Counted from the first letter of the stretch, positions 28,896 through 42,710 are shown. The stretch is DNA of 64,000 nt from Octopus vulgaris (GCA_951406725.2 OX597838.1:11408001-11472000); one strand, 5' to 3'. Numbers and translations: made by a program. Notes: generated from the sequence alone by a model not told the origin.

Positions 28896-28971
28896 TGTAT
28901 GTATGTATGTATGTATGTATGTATGTATGTATGTATGTATGAATTTATGTATGTATGTATTATTCATATGC

Positions 28972-29026
<55 letters not shown>

Positions 29027-29142
29027 CGCACACACACATGTATATATATATACACATACATCTATACATATATACATACAAATATGCATAAATACATCTA
29101 CATAAGCATATATTTGTATATATACACTATATGCAAGTATGC

Positions 29143-29190
<48 letters not shown>

Positions 29191-29523
29191 ATAAGGATTG
29201 AAATAGAATCGGGTACTTGAATTCATTTTTACTTTTACTTTCTCTATTCTTTCTTTACTCTTCATCCTTACTTTATCTTCGGTCCTCCCCCAACTACCCT
29301 CTTCTCTAAGCCTAGTTTAATAAAATATCACCGACAACCCCACCTCTAGCCTACCAAAGGACCAGTCTAGCAGACTCTTATCTCACCCGGGTCACTGACC
29401 TTAGATATCATATTTCACCCTTTTTCGAACTATATTCTTAACCTAATGCCCCCAACGTTAGCCGAGACAGACCTCATCTCCTTGCTGTATTCTTGGGATA
29501 TATTTTTCTTTGTAAAATTACGT

Positions 29524-29595
29524 TTCGCCTGATGATTACGGCTTTTCGTAATGAAGTAATGTATTAAAAAATACGTAAGAAACAGCTGTAATGAG
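29524..29595 (+). ncRNA. Hammerhead motif
   Basis: CUGAUGA-UUACG...CGUAA-GAAAC-AGCU-GUA; palindromic ACAGCUGU; weak stem I. Confidence 0.6.
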
Positions 29596-29639
29596 CTGAC
29601 ACTTATCTATCGTCTGTTATTATTCATTTGATTATATGT

Positions 29640-29706
<67 letters not shown>

Positions 29707-29751
29707 TATAAAATATATGTGCGTGTATACACACACACACACATATATATA

Positions 29752-30030
29752 GGCGCAGGAGTGGCTGTGTGATAAGTAGCTTGCTTACCAATCATATGGT
29801 TCCGGGTTCAGTCCCACTGCGTGGCACCTTGGGCATGTGTCTTCTACTATAGTCTCGGACCGACCAAAGTCTTGTGAGTGGATTTGGTAGACGGAAACTG
29901 AAAGAAGCCCGTCGTATAAGAGACCGATAGATTAAGTACTAGGCTTACAAAGAATAAGTTCTGGGGTCGATTTGTTCGACTAAAGGCCGTGCTCCAGCAC
30001 GGCCGCAGTCAAATTACTGAAACAAGTAGA
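29752..30030 (+). mobile_element. SINE B, internally deleted
   Basis: Head and tail match 41109-41507; middle missing. Confidence 0.8.
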
Positions 30031-30032
30031 TG

Positions 30033-30067
<35 letters not shown>

Positions 30068-30075
<8 letters not shown>

Positions 30076-30401
30076 TAAATTAGAGATAAAACCTCTCTTA
30101 GGCAAATCAAACAGTGAAAAAATAAACCAAAACATAGAAATAAAATTAATTAATATAATATACAAAATATATAAAATATAAAATTCAAAATTCTAAATTT
30201 AAATTATTTAAATTTAAATTTAAATTAATTTAAATTTAGATTTAAATTTATTTAAATTTTGTATATTATAATTTTAATTTTGAATTTTATATTTTATATA
30301 TTTTGTATATTATATTAATTAATTTTATTTCTATGTTTTGGTTTATGTTTTTCACTGTTTGATTTGCCTAATAGTGGTTTTATCTCTAATTTAATTTATA
30401 T
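30068..30401. repeat. AT-rich palindrome with about 165-bp arms
   Basis: gagataaaacc...ggcaaatcaaacagtgaaaa vs ttttcactgtttgatttgcc...ggttttatctc, bounded by (TA)n. Confidence 0.85.
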
Positions 30402-30469
30402 TTCTACTGTAAAATTAGATTTAATCCTAAATCTAATTTTTCCCTGTAAGTTTGGATTTACTCCCTAAT

Positions 30470-30546
<77 letters not shown>

Positions 30547-30562
30547 GTGTGTGTATATAAAT

Positions 30563-30651
<89 letters not shown>

Positions 30652-31303
30652 ATATTTATGTATGTACATTATATGTATACACACACTAACACACACATTA
30701 TTGGTGTGTCGGCATGTCGCCATTTCTCTATTCTGACAACAATAACAAAAAACAGAATCTGTTTAAGGTTACATACCCACATTCCGATGCGACTCCAACT
30801 TTCTCCATAACAATAAGAAAAGATACTTCACGTTATCATGTGTTGTGTTGCGTATCTATGCATCTCTGCTAATCGGTGGGATCATATATATTGTCAAATC
30901 AGGTCTTGGATTCGTTGGGATTAAGGATTACATGGATTTACGCAATTATGATTATAGTACATAACACGGTCATCGTTAAGTTTTATTCGTGTTGATATGG
31001 GGTTTATAAAATGGCCATTGGGTCGTGAGCTTTATTTGGGTTGGCATGGGTTAACACAACATAACATAACTCTGTCAGTGTCACTTGTACTTGATAGAAT
31101 GTATCTCGAATATTCAACACGCCTATATATATATATATATATACATGCGTTTATACGTACATAAACATACATACACGTACATACAGACACGCATGCACAC
31201 ACTCACTCATACATAAACAGATCATTTAGAAGCGTGATGTACCCGTTATAATGTCGTCAATCAAAACATTTCAATTATTCATTGATTTCTATAATAATAA
31301 TAA

Positions 31304-31393
<90 letters not shown>

Positions 31394-31501
31394 TGCATGT
31401 GCCTGGTGTACCCTTATCAGACGGGTAGTCATGATGGGTATATTAGGCTTCCTATATTTTACCCCAGTGTCACTTTGATGGCATGAACTGCTCTCTCACT
31501 C

Positions 31502-31557
<56 letters not shown>

Positions 31558-32034
31558 TAATAATAATCCTTTCCACTATAGGCACACGGCCTGGGATTTT
31601 GTGGGGGAGGAGGACAATCCATCACATCGATACCAGTATTTCAACTGGTACTTAATTTATCGACCCCAAAAGGATGAAAGGCAAAGTTGACCTCGACGGA
31701 ATTTGAACTCAGAACGTAGCGACGGTGCGAAATATCGCTAAGCAATTTTGCCCGGCACGCTAACGATTCTGCCAACTCCCCCGCCTTTAATAACCCTTTC
31801 TATTATAGGTACAAGGCGGGTGAGTGTGGGGGTAAGTCGGTTACATCGATTCCATTGCGTAACTGGTACTTATTTAATCGACCCTGAAAAGATGAAAGGC
31901 AAAGTCGACCTCGGCGGAATTTGAACTCAGAACGTAGCGGCAGACGAAATACCGCTAAGCATTTAGCCCGGTGTGCTAACGATTTTACCAGCTCGCCGCC
32001 TTACCAGCTCGCCGCCTTATTAATAATAATAATG

Positions 32035-32074
<40 letters not shown>

Positions 32075-32162
32075 TAATAATAATAATGGTTTCAAATTTA
32101 GCCACAAGGGTGACAATTCTGGGGGAGGGTTGAGTCGATTAATAATAATAATAATAATGATG

Positions 32163-32545
32163 ATGCTTTCTAATTGATGTATCAATACCGGCAGATGACA
32201 ACGTGTCTCTAAAAGAAATGGAGAAACTCTCAAAATACAAAGACCTGGAAATAGAGGTAACTAGAATGTGGAACCTGAAAACAGAAACAATTCCTATCAT
32301 AGTAGGTGCATTAGGCATGATAAAAAAATATTCAGACAAATACATAACAAAAACACCAGGACTTACAAACACATATAACATACAGAAAATTGCACTACTA
32401 GCCACTGCACACATCCTACGCAGAACACTTTCCATACAATAACCATCAGAGCATCACAACAAATCACAGCACATACCCAAGGCACACAGAGCTGCGCTCG
32501 GTAGTGAAGTGAAAGCACGCTATAAAAATAAAACTACTGAATAAT
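32163..32545 (+). mobile_element. Dong/R4 3' end (restriction-like endonuclease C-terminus + 3'UTR) in (TAA)n
   Basis: LIDVSIP...KEMEKLSKYKDLEIEVTRMW...PIIVGALG...HILRRTL*; flanked by (AAT)n, the known target of Dong elements. Confidence 0.85.
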
Positions 32546-32812
32546 AATAATAATAATAATAATAATCCTTTTTACTATAGGCACAATGCCTGAAATTTGG
32601 CGGGGGTGGGGAGAAGATTACATCGACTCCAGTACTCAACTGGTACTTAATTTATTGACCTCGAAAGGATGAGAGGCAAAGTCGACCTCGGCGGAATTTG
32701 AACCCAGAACGCAAGCGACGGACGAAATGCCGTTAAGCCTTTTTACCCGGCGTGCTGTCGATTCTGACAACTCGCTGCCTTGATAATAATAATGATAATA
32801 ATAATAATAATG

Positions 32813-32872
<60 letters not shown>

Positions 32873-33420
32873 GTAATAATAACAACAACAACAACAACAA
32901 CAATAATGATTATAATAATCATAATAATAATAATGGTTTCAAATTTAGCCACAAGGGTGACAATTTTGGGGGAGGGTTGAGTCGATTAATAATAATAATA
33001 ATAATAACAACAACAACAACAACAACAAGAATAATAATAATAATAATACTAATGATGATAATAAATATAATAATAATGATAATAATAATATGTGAAAATA
33101 GTATTAATAATAATTACTTCAATTTTATTTTGTAGGGACACGTAAAGTATAATTAATTAAATCTCATTGAAATAGAAGGATAGGTGTCGTTAACTGATGT
33201 CTTTCCATGTATAGCTAAAAAATCAATTATAAAAACTACTTTTGTAACTTAATGAAATTAGAACGTATATACATAATTAGTATGTCCATGGATTAGATCT
33301 CTGCGATGGTGAATTAACCAAAGACAATAAAAAACAGTAACAATAGCCGGCCCTGTAAAGGGTTAAAAATAACAGCTAGTCGTTCAGCCTAATACCCTAC
33401 GTATCTCAGCTCTGTAAACC

Positions 33421-33840
33421 TATTTCTTTACTACCCACAAGGGGCTAAACACAGAGAGGACAAACAAGGACAGACAAACGGATTAAGTCGATTATATCGA
33501 CCCCAGTGCGTAACTGGTACTTATTTAATCGACCCCGAAAGGATGAAAGGCAAAGTCGACCTCGGCGGAATTTGAACTCAGAACGTAGCGGCAGACGAAA
33601 TACCTATTTCTTTACTACCCACAAGGGGGCTAAACACAGAGGGGACAAACAAGGACAGACAAACGGATTAAGTCGATTATATCGACTCCCAGTGCGTAAC
33701 TGGTACTTATTTAATCGACCCCCGAAAGGATGAAAGGCAAAGTCGACCTCGGCGGAATTTGAACTCAGAACGTAGCGATAGACGAAATACGGCGACGCAT
33801 TTCTCCCCGGCGTGCTAACGTTTCTGCCAGCCCACCGCCT
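33421..33840 (-). mobile_element. SINE A dimer
   Basis: TSD tctgtaaacc (33411-33420 / 33845-33854). Confidence 0.85.
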
Positions 33841-34088
33841 CGGGTCTGTAAACCGTTTCAGGGCTGACCTGAAGGGCTATACACAATTATAAAGCGGCGT
33901 ATTAATGTATACGGGGGTCAGGTTTACACTAGAGATGACCACCACCGCCACCACCACCACAACCACTACTACTACCAGCAACAACAACAACAATAACAAT
34001 AGCAGCATCAGTTAACAACAGGGGTTTTGTGTTAGGACAGGCATAAGGTTTATCGTTATGAAGAAAAACTAGGTAAATCTCGACTTAC

Positions 34089-34170
34089 CGCTATTTATTT
34101 GTGTTTCTTTACTGTTGACAGTCTGTTAAAATTACCGTTTGCAACACGGCCCCCACCAACCCTACACCGC
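34089..34170 (-). other. Candidate non-coding upstream exon of the ovo-like gene (5' boundary unknown)
   Basis: Strong donor GCG|GTAAGT (34088-34083), non-repetitive ATG-free sequence, downstream of long GA-rich tracts and GC boxes. Confidence 0.5.
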
Positions 34171-34325
34171 TCAGTCTTTCTTTCTTTCTTCCTCCCTTTC
34201 TTCATTCTTTTCTTTCTTTTCATTCTTTCTTTCTTTCTGTCTACCTCTCTCTCTGTGTCCCTCTCTCTCTGTGTCTCTCTCTCTGTGTCCCTCTCTCTGT
34301 GTCTCTGTGTGTGTGTGTGTGTGTG

Positions 34326-34359
<34 letters not shown>

Positions 34360-34945
34360 TCTGTCTCTCTCTCTCTGTCTCTCTCTGTCTCTCTCTCTCT
34401 GTCTTTCTATGTCACTGCACCTCTAACGTTTTCTTTTTCCTTTTTTTTTACTCTCTTCCACTTTCTCGCTCGGCTAAAGTTACCGTTTGTATAATAAAGC
34501 CCTCCACCTACACCTCTCAACTTCTCTCTCTTTCTCCACCACCCCATCTCTCTCTCTCTCCCCATCTCTCTGTGTCTCCCTCTCTCTGTGTCTCCCTCTC
34601 TCGTTTTCTCCAACTTTTTTTCGCTCTGTTAAAGTTACCGTTCATATAATAATAATAATACCCACCACCACTCTCACTCCCTCTCTCTCACCTCTACCAC
34701 CCGTCTCACTATTTCCTCTCTACCTTTCCTTTTCGTTTTCCTTCTCTCTTATTTTCGATCACTTTATCTAACACCCTCTCACTCTTTCTCTATCCCTCAT
34801 TCATATAAAAAATCTTCCTAAATACTTTACTCTCTTTCTCTGTTTCTCTTCTTCTCTTTCTCGCCTTTCACACCCCCACCCTCACCCCCACCCCACCCCA
34901 CCCCGCCCCGCCCCGCCCCGCCCCACAGATTTAAAGTTACTTCTT
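34110..34945 (-). promoter_or_regulatory. Candidate promoter region: tandem GC boxes, GAGA tracts, repeated TAAARTTACCGTT motif
   Basis: (CCCCG)4 at 34901-34924 in a GC-poor background; TTACCGTT at 34132, 34480 and 34635; TTAAAGTTAC at 34931. Confidence 0.45.
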
Positions 34946-35037
34946 TCATTACACCTCTGCATATCACATTCTCTCACCACCACCCCAATTCCCTCATATA
35001 TACATTCAATCATTTTTCTCTCTTTCTCTCTTCCTTC

Positions 35038-35096
<59 letters not shown>

Positions 35097-35104
35097 TCCT
35101 TCTT

Positions 35105-35146
<42 letters not shown>

Positions 35147-35539
35147 CTCACTCTTTATCTCTCTTTTTACCTTTCTCTTTTTCTATCTATATCACCAACT
35201 CTCTTTCATACCTTCTCTCCTAACTAGAAACTTTAAAATAGTTGGCCAAATTTTCCTGTGATCACATCTTAAGAAAAGTATAGATAGATTAGATAATGTA
35301 TTCTGCACACATTATGTATACGGAAAAGACGAAACGGGTATTGGCTGATCTAAGACTAACAACAAAAAATATATATGTTCATTTATACACACACACACAC
35401 ATACACACAACGTCCTGTTTTTGCGGAGGGATAAAAATAGCAACAAAAACGTCTTGTTTTTGTTACCATTTTCACCCCTCCGCAAAAAAATCTCAAATTT
35501 TATTTAATTTCCCTTTTGCGGGAAGGAATGTTTTAATGG

Positions 35540-35872
35540 AGTCGTGTCTCTCCTTGACCTTCGAAACGCGGAGTAGATGAAACAGTGGCGACTGAAGAAG
35601 GGGAATTTTCCTTGTATTGTATGTCCTGTACTCTATTTTTTCGTTGTTTAAGAAAAATGTCCATTTCCTTGGTTTTGTGTTTATGCTTTCGTTTCTCATT
35701 GTGTTCGACGTTTTTTTTTTTGGTGTCCTGTACCCATATATGCATGTATATATACAAGTAGAGGTAGGTACGTACATATATGTATGTATATATGCATGTA
35801 TATATACATGTAGAGGTGGGTACGTACATATATGTATGTATATATGCATATGTTTTATTTTATTTATTAATT

Positions 35873-35960
<88 letters not shown>

Positions 35961-35973
35961 ATATATATATATA

Positions 35974-36012
<39 letters not shown>

Positions 36013-36615
36013 CAAAATGGGACAACAAAACATCCAGATAGACGAGACAAAGAAAACAAAGACGGGTCTTTCGAAGTTTTCTTTCCTCAGTCAATTACCA
36101 GATTATCTTCGCAATTTCGGCTGATTAAACTTGAGATTGCTCTAATCTGGCCAGCCCCAAGGAAAAACTAAGCTAAGAGCATTAGATTCCTTGGAAGAAA
36201 GCAGCGAATGTATACAAAAACAAGGACGGAAAAAGCGGACAGCGTTTTACAAATACAATAAAAAAAAACATAACAACAGGTTTCTTTCGACTAAGGACGA
36301 ATTAAATTAAGCTAGCGTATGTGGAAATGAAACCTTTCGGCAGAGATACAAGATTTCACAAACACAGGGAGAAATATCGATGTTATATATATGATGGGGG
36401 ATTTTTCGTTGTGTAGTTGTCTTGTACTCTGTTTTTTCGTTGTTAAAAAAATGGTCCGTTCCATGCTGTTTTTACTTTTTCGTTTCTCGTTGAGTTCTAC
36501 GTCTATTTGTGGTGTCCTGTACACACGTATGTATATTTATATATGCATGTATATATACATGTAGATGTAGGTACGTACATATATGTTTGTATGTATGCAT
36601 ATATTTTATTTATTA
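35540..36615. mobile_element. Cluster of PLE-like short elements in direct and inverted orientation
   Basis: 35595-35870 is repeated at 36390-36615; 36005-36140 (-) matches 24318-24450 (+). Confidence 0.65.
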
Positions 36616-36700
36616 CACTATTGTATGACTGAGCGCCCTCGCGTCGATTCGATTCGATTCGTTTCGTTTCGTTTCGTTCTTCCTCTTCTCTAAGCTGGTT

Positions 36701-36743
<43 letters not shown>

Positions 36744-37469
36744 CACCTAAGTTTTGAACTCAGGTGATCATAATTTGCATGAGAGTGCATAAGTTTTCGA
36801 AGTGATCGACAATTTATATACTTATATATTTTTTACATTTTATAAAGCTTAAATCGAACCATATTCTATAATTTTGGGTACAATCATTCTGAGGGAATCA
36901 ACTTTGTGCGATCAACTGAAGATTATCAGTATCTTTTTTATCGAATGAAAATAATCCTGGGATTATGATATACAGCTCCTAATGTTTAATGTGTGATCAT
37001 CTTCCACATGCAATAACTTACCTTACGCGCTGATCCATTGAATTCATCATGGTGATGATATCTTCTTGTGTTATGCATTGAGCAGCATCTATAATAGCAT
37101 CCCAGAGAGGAAACTTTACTTGAAAACTACCTTCCATCTTGCTAATTAAGTTAAAGGCACCAGAATTTGGTATGGTATTATCCATATAAATCAAATGGGA
37201 TGATTATAATCAAAATAAGCAATAAGGATATCCAAGGTAGTGTAGTACAATCGTTTCATGCTACTTCATTTTATTAAACACTGTAAGTATTACATCAGTT
37301 TTAAAATGTCGAGCAATCTCGATTTGAAGGGGAAGAAAATCATAGATTCTTTGAATGAATTCAAACGGTTTACTGAATCTATTTATATTATAAATATAAA
37401 AAGTATAACACAAATGCGATAAAATAAATTAATTTCCTCATTACGAAACAAACGGATTTTTCTAGAAAC

Positions 37470-37790
37470 TTTTTCACTTCAGGTTTTGGAGAAATGATGT
37501 TTCATTTTTATTACAATTACATCAAAACTGGGGCATTTAGATACCAGAGTAATTTCGATACAGTCTTCGGGGTCCAATCGATTACTCTGCTTTGTTTTTA
37601 TGTTCGTTAGACCGGAAAATACTTCTTTGCAAAGGCAGCAACGTTTTGACTGCCCCCTCATGCCAGAGGAAAAGTTTTTGTCGTAACAAGGAACACGTTT
37701 TCTATATAACTTTACTTATGTCTAACGACTCCTCATTACCCCGAAGAATTTCATTTTTACCCCTGTTCGCCGACCCCTGCTCTAGAGCTT
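37470..37790 (-). pseudogene. hAT (Charlie/Buster-like) transposase C-terminal fragment
   Basis: CKEVFSGLTNIKTKQSNRLDPEDCIEITLVSKCPSFD resembles the hAT dimerisation domain; TIR-like end followed by CTCTAGAG nearby. Confidence 0.65.
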
Positions 37791-38160
37791 CGGGAAAATC
37801 AAAAACCAGAATGAGACCAGAATATATGAATCTTCGATGGCGAAATGAGTTGATTGCACAGAATATCAACCAGAATATTTCTAGTAAGATTCATCTGCAA
37901 GATTCGTCTGTTGTTTCCACAATCTGATTTGTTTTCCTTTACCAAGATGATAATAATTTGTAACAACTGACTTCGCCCTTCTTCCTTTCGGGGTCGATTA
38001 AATAAGTACCACTTCCGTATTGGGGTTGATGTAACTGACTTAATCCCTTTGTCTGTCCTTGATTGTCCTCCCCTCTATGTTTATCCCCCTGTGGGAAATA
38101 AAGAAATAAATAGTTTGTAACTACTATTATATATGTATATATGTGCATGTAACATAACAT

Positions 38161-38234
<74 letters not shown>

Positions 38235-38235
<1 letters not shown>

Positions 38236-38624
38236 TAGCAGTATTACCCGGTGTTGCTTGGGTTTGTTTCGACCCTTTAGAATTGGAAATTTTGAAAAGT
38301 AGAAATTTTGCATTATGCAACTTGTTATTCTCTTCAAGTGAACATTTTTCCAGTTGAAATACACCGAAAAATGGTGACACAGCATTCAAAAATCGTAAAA
38401 AAATAGGGATTTTCATAGAAAAAACGCACCTTTTTTATGTAAATAATTTTTGGTGTTAACATGGTCCGATTTGAATTTTATCTTCTACAGAATGAAGAGC
38501 AAGCCTTCTTCTATCATACTCTCAATTTTAGTCAACTTGCGCTGCAGGGTCTCGAAGGAGATAGTGTAGGTTGAAGGCTACCAAACCTGCCACACACAGA
38601 CAACTTCAGCTTTATATATATAGA
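38235..38624 (-). mobile_element. Non-autonomous Helitron, related subfamily; extra 5'-end copies near 38736 and 39349
   Basis: Same 3' end type (..caagcaacaccgggtaatactgCTAG) and 5' TCTATATATATAAAGCTGAAGTTG; different interior. Confidence 0.7.
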
Positions 38625-39422
38625 TTTGTTACACACTACTTTCCATCCTTAATAATGAAACTTGGTAGATCCAAAAGTTAAACACACAGACACACATACA
38701 GATACAGACACACAAGTTGAGTTTTATATATATAGATTTCTCAATGGGGATTTCAGGGGAGAGTTTCAGGGAGTCGCTGGCGATGTATCATGATGATCAA
38801 AAATCCGGCCTGTTAAAATTTGGTTAAAGTGATTCAAACTGCAGACTCAACGCAAAATGGTCACATTTAATTCAAAGCATTAAAAATGTTATGAAAATAA
38901 TTGGTTTGTGTTCACAAAGTCCAAACGATTAATACGAAAAAACCCTCCAGGCTACATCCCGAAAATTCATTTCTTTGCCGAATTTCTACAATGTTTATAT
39001 GGCGATTCGTTTTTATATCTTGATTTTTTATTTTTCATGCAATTTACGCATGCTTGCACGCGTGGTGAACACAGTTCACGTCAAACAGCTGACTGAGTAA
39101 AGTTCACTATTCAATGCATGGGATAAGGCCTAAACAAACACATTATCGATTTTTGCACTTGCGAGATGAATTTCGGAACAGAAATAGCACAGTTCAATTT
39201 TTCATTCGCCTAAACTTTAAGTGACCCATTTTTGCTGACTCTACGATTTGTTGGCTAGGAGGAGATGCGCCGGGAAGTTAAACACACATACACACACACA
39301 CACAGATACACACACAGACACACAAGTTGACTTTTATAATATATATAGATATATGCATGCAACATAACACACACACACATATATATACATATATAACTAC
39401 TACTACTACTACTACTACTACA

Positions 39423-39454
<32 letters not shown>

Positions 39455-39462
39455 CACTACTA

Positions 39463-39511
<49 letters not shown>

Positions 39512-39554
39512 CACTACCACCGCCGCCAACACCACCACCACCACCACCACCACC

Positions 39555-39616
<62 letters not shown>

Positions 39617-40155
39617 CACTACTACAAATGACGAACACCAACCACCACTACAAACAATGAACACGTAAGTCTAGTTTCCACTCGATCTGGCTGATTGTCA
39701 AAGAAAGTCAGTGGAGCGTAACGAATACTATCTAAAAATATGTCGCACCCGTTAGTTTCATATTTTCATTATTCTACCCTGGCGATAAACACACGGATAT
39801 ACAGACATACACAATACATAAATTAGTACACATATACACAAGCACGTATATAGATATATGTACGCATCCGTGTATACATATATGTACATATGTATGCGTA
39901 TATGTATGTATACATAGATATATTTATGTGCATATATATATATATATATATATATGTATATGACACACACACACATGTACAACATGTATATGCATATGGA
40001 TATAAATATATACACACTTATATATGCGTATATTTATATGGTTTATACATAAATATACACAAATATATGTGTGTATTTATATAACTGCACACGCATGCGC
40101 ACATACATAGTCTCATACACACATAGTTATGTACATATGCATATATATATATATA

Positions 40156-40533
40156 CACTTGCGTCAGAAATTAATTAGCACTTCTCAAATTTCTACATTA
40201 AATAGGTTAAATTAATTAACCTATGAGCTGTTCAAAACGTCTTACGCGATGAGAAAACTTAGTATGGTGATTTCGGTCCTTGCGAGGCGCTACCTATATC
40301 TATTAAACAAAGGAAGATTTGTCTGCATCCGCACTCCAAGTTGTTGTTGCACTGCTATGTCAACATCATAAGGCTGTAGACTCTCAAACTGCTCTGCAAA
40401 CAAAGTTACGTCATCGTTCTGCGCAACAGTGAACTCGCAACAAAGCAATAGTTCGAGATATGGCCACTAGGTGACAGCACATACCTTGAGTGAAGAGCAA
40501 ATCAAGGGTGCTAATTAATTTCTGACGGTAGTG
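40156..40533. mobile_element. Tc1/mariner-type MITE (378 bp)
   Basis: 26-bp TIRs CACTTGCGTCAGAAATTAATTAGCAC / GTGCTAATTAATTTCTGACGGTAGTG, with TA on both sides. Confidence 0.85.
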
Positions 40534-40639
40534 TACATGTGTGTGTATGTGTGTGTGCGTGCATGTCTACATATATATATATATATATATGGTAAAAACG
40601 GTAAGATAGCAAAAGAAAGAAAGAGACCTCAATATTATG

Positions 40640-40693
<54 letters not shown>

Positions 40694-40948
40694 TATGTGT
40701 GTGTGTGTGTGTGTATGTATATGATGTATATATAAATCTACACAAATATATATGTATTTATATGAACACACGCCATCACACACACATACACACACACACA
40801 CATACACACACACACACACACACTCACATACACACTACAACGTTGATGGATTGATTGATTATTTTATAATGCTTTTGGCACGACATAATGTTCAAGAATT
40901 CGTATTTATGTGCCATGAGAGAAATTCCTTTACTGGAGAAGAAAGTTC

Positions 40949-41773
40949 GGATCTTTTCGGTTTGAACGGCAGTTTTTTCTAGCGGTGTCATATGAAATTG
41001 TCACCCATAATTATGACCCTAGTATCGATCTATTGCATTTCAATCTCTTTTAGTGTTAGGATTAGGGTTAGGGGGAAGGGTATCTTTTTTTCTTCACAAA
41101 TGTAAATAGGCGCAGGAGTGGCTGTGTGGTAAGTAGCTTGCTAACCAACCACATGGTTCCGGGTTCAGTCCCACTGCGTGGCATCTTGGGCAAGTGTCTT
41201 CTGCTATAGCCTCGGGCCGACCAAAGCCTTGTCAGTGGATTTGGTAGACGGAAACTGAAAGAAGCCTGTCGTATATATGTATATATATGTATGTGTGTTT
41301 TTCTGTGTTTGTCCCCCTAGCATTGCTTGACAACCAATTCTGGTGTGTTTACGTCCCCGTCACTTAGCGGTTCGGCAGAAGAGACCGATAGAATAAGTAC
41401 TAGGCTTACAAAGTCCCGGGGTCAATTTGCTCGACTAAAGGCGGTGCTCCAGCATGACCGCAGTCAAATGACTGAAACAAGTAAAAGAGTAAAAGAGTAA
41501 AGAGTAAACCCACTCTGTTTCTTAAACGAGGGACATATTCATACGGCACTGAATGTTGTTGTTTTTTTACCTCAATGGACGTCAGTGATTGGTTGAAATT
41601 GCAGAAATTGAAGAAAAAAACAACAACAAATATCTTACAAACTATAGAATTTTCTCAATAAAGCCAAGAGAAATAGATGTTTTATAAACACATTCTACCA
41701 GAATACGAAGTTAAAAATTTTTTAGTCACCTAGAAATTATGTTAAAAAACTGCCGTTCAAACCGAAAAGATCC
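40949..41773. mobile_element. Merlin-like MITE carrying a nested SINE
   Basis: About 29-bp perfect TIR GGATCTTTTCGGTTTGAACGGCAGTTTTT; 8-bp TSD GAAAGTTC (40941-40948 / 41774-41781). Superfamily inferred from GG termini plus 8-bp TSD. Related fragments near 7170-7320, 8094 and 21075-21270. Confidence 0.8.
41109..41507 (+). mobile_element. tRNA-derived SINE family B, full length
   Basis: Head GGCGCAGGAGTGGCTGTGTGG...GGTTCAGTCCC, CORE-like tggcatcttgggcaagtgtctt, internal microsatellite, (AGTAAAAG)n tail. Confidence 0.85.
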
Positions 41774-41824
41774 GAAAGTTCTTAGCTGAATGCAATAATA
41801 TCCGAATATATACTTGCATATTAT

Positions 41825-41854
41825 ATACATACATACATACATACATACATACAT

Positions 41855-41885
<31 letters not shown>

Positions 41886-42679
41886 TTCATACATACATAC
41901 ATACATACATACACACACATACACACACATACATACATAAATACATACATTTATACATACATACATTCATACATACATAGATACATACATACACACACAT
42001 ACATACATACATAAATACATACATTTATACATACATACATTTATACATACATACATTTATACATACATACACACACATACATACATACATAAATACATAC
42101 ATTTATACATACATACATTTATACATACATACATTTATACATACATACATACATACATACATACAAACATACATACACACACACATACATACATATATAC
42201 AAACATACATACATACATACATACAAGCATACATACATACATACATGCATACATGCATGCATACATACATACATACATACATACATTCACACGTGTTTAC
42301 ATAACACTTATTCACACATACATACACATCTTATATTCATATTTGTGAATACATATATATGCGCGCGCGCGCGTGTGTGTGTATGTGTGTGTGTGCGTGT
42401 GTGTGTGTGTGTGAGTGAGTGTTTGTGTGTATGTATGTATATGTGTGTGTGTGCGTGTGTGTGTGTGTGTGTGTATGTGTGTGTGTGTGCGTGTGTGAGT
42501 GAGTGTTTGTGTGTATGTATGTGTATGTGTGTGTGCGTGTGTGCGTGTGTGTGTGTGTGTTTCTGTTTGTGTGTGTTCACCCGAATAATTGTACATAGTG
42601 GCGTAGTGAATCATCAGCTCCGACATATTTGTGTGTGTGTGTGTGTTTATGTGTTTATGTGTGTGTGTATGTGTTTATG

Positions 42680-42710
<31 letters not shown>

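Noticed and set aside
41050-41075. TTAGGG-like repeats as telomere remnant
   Set aside because: Only two to three degenerate units, internal to a MITE.
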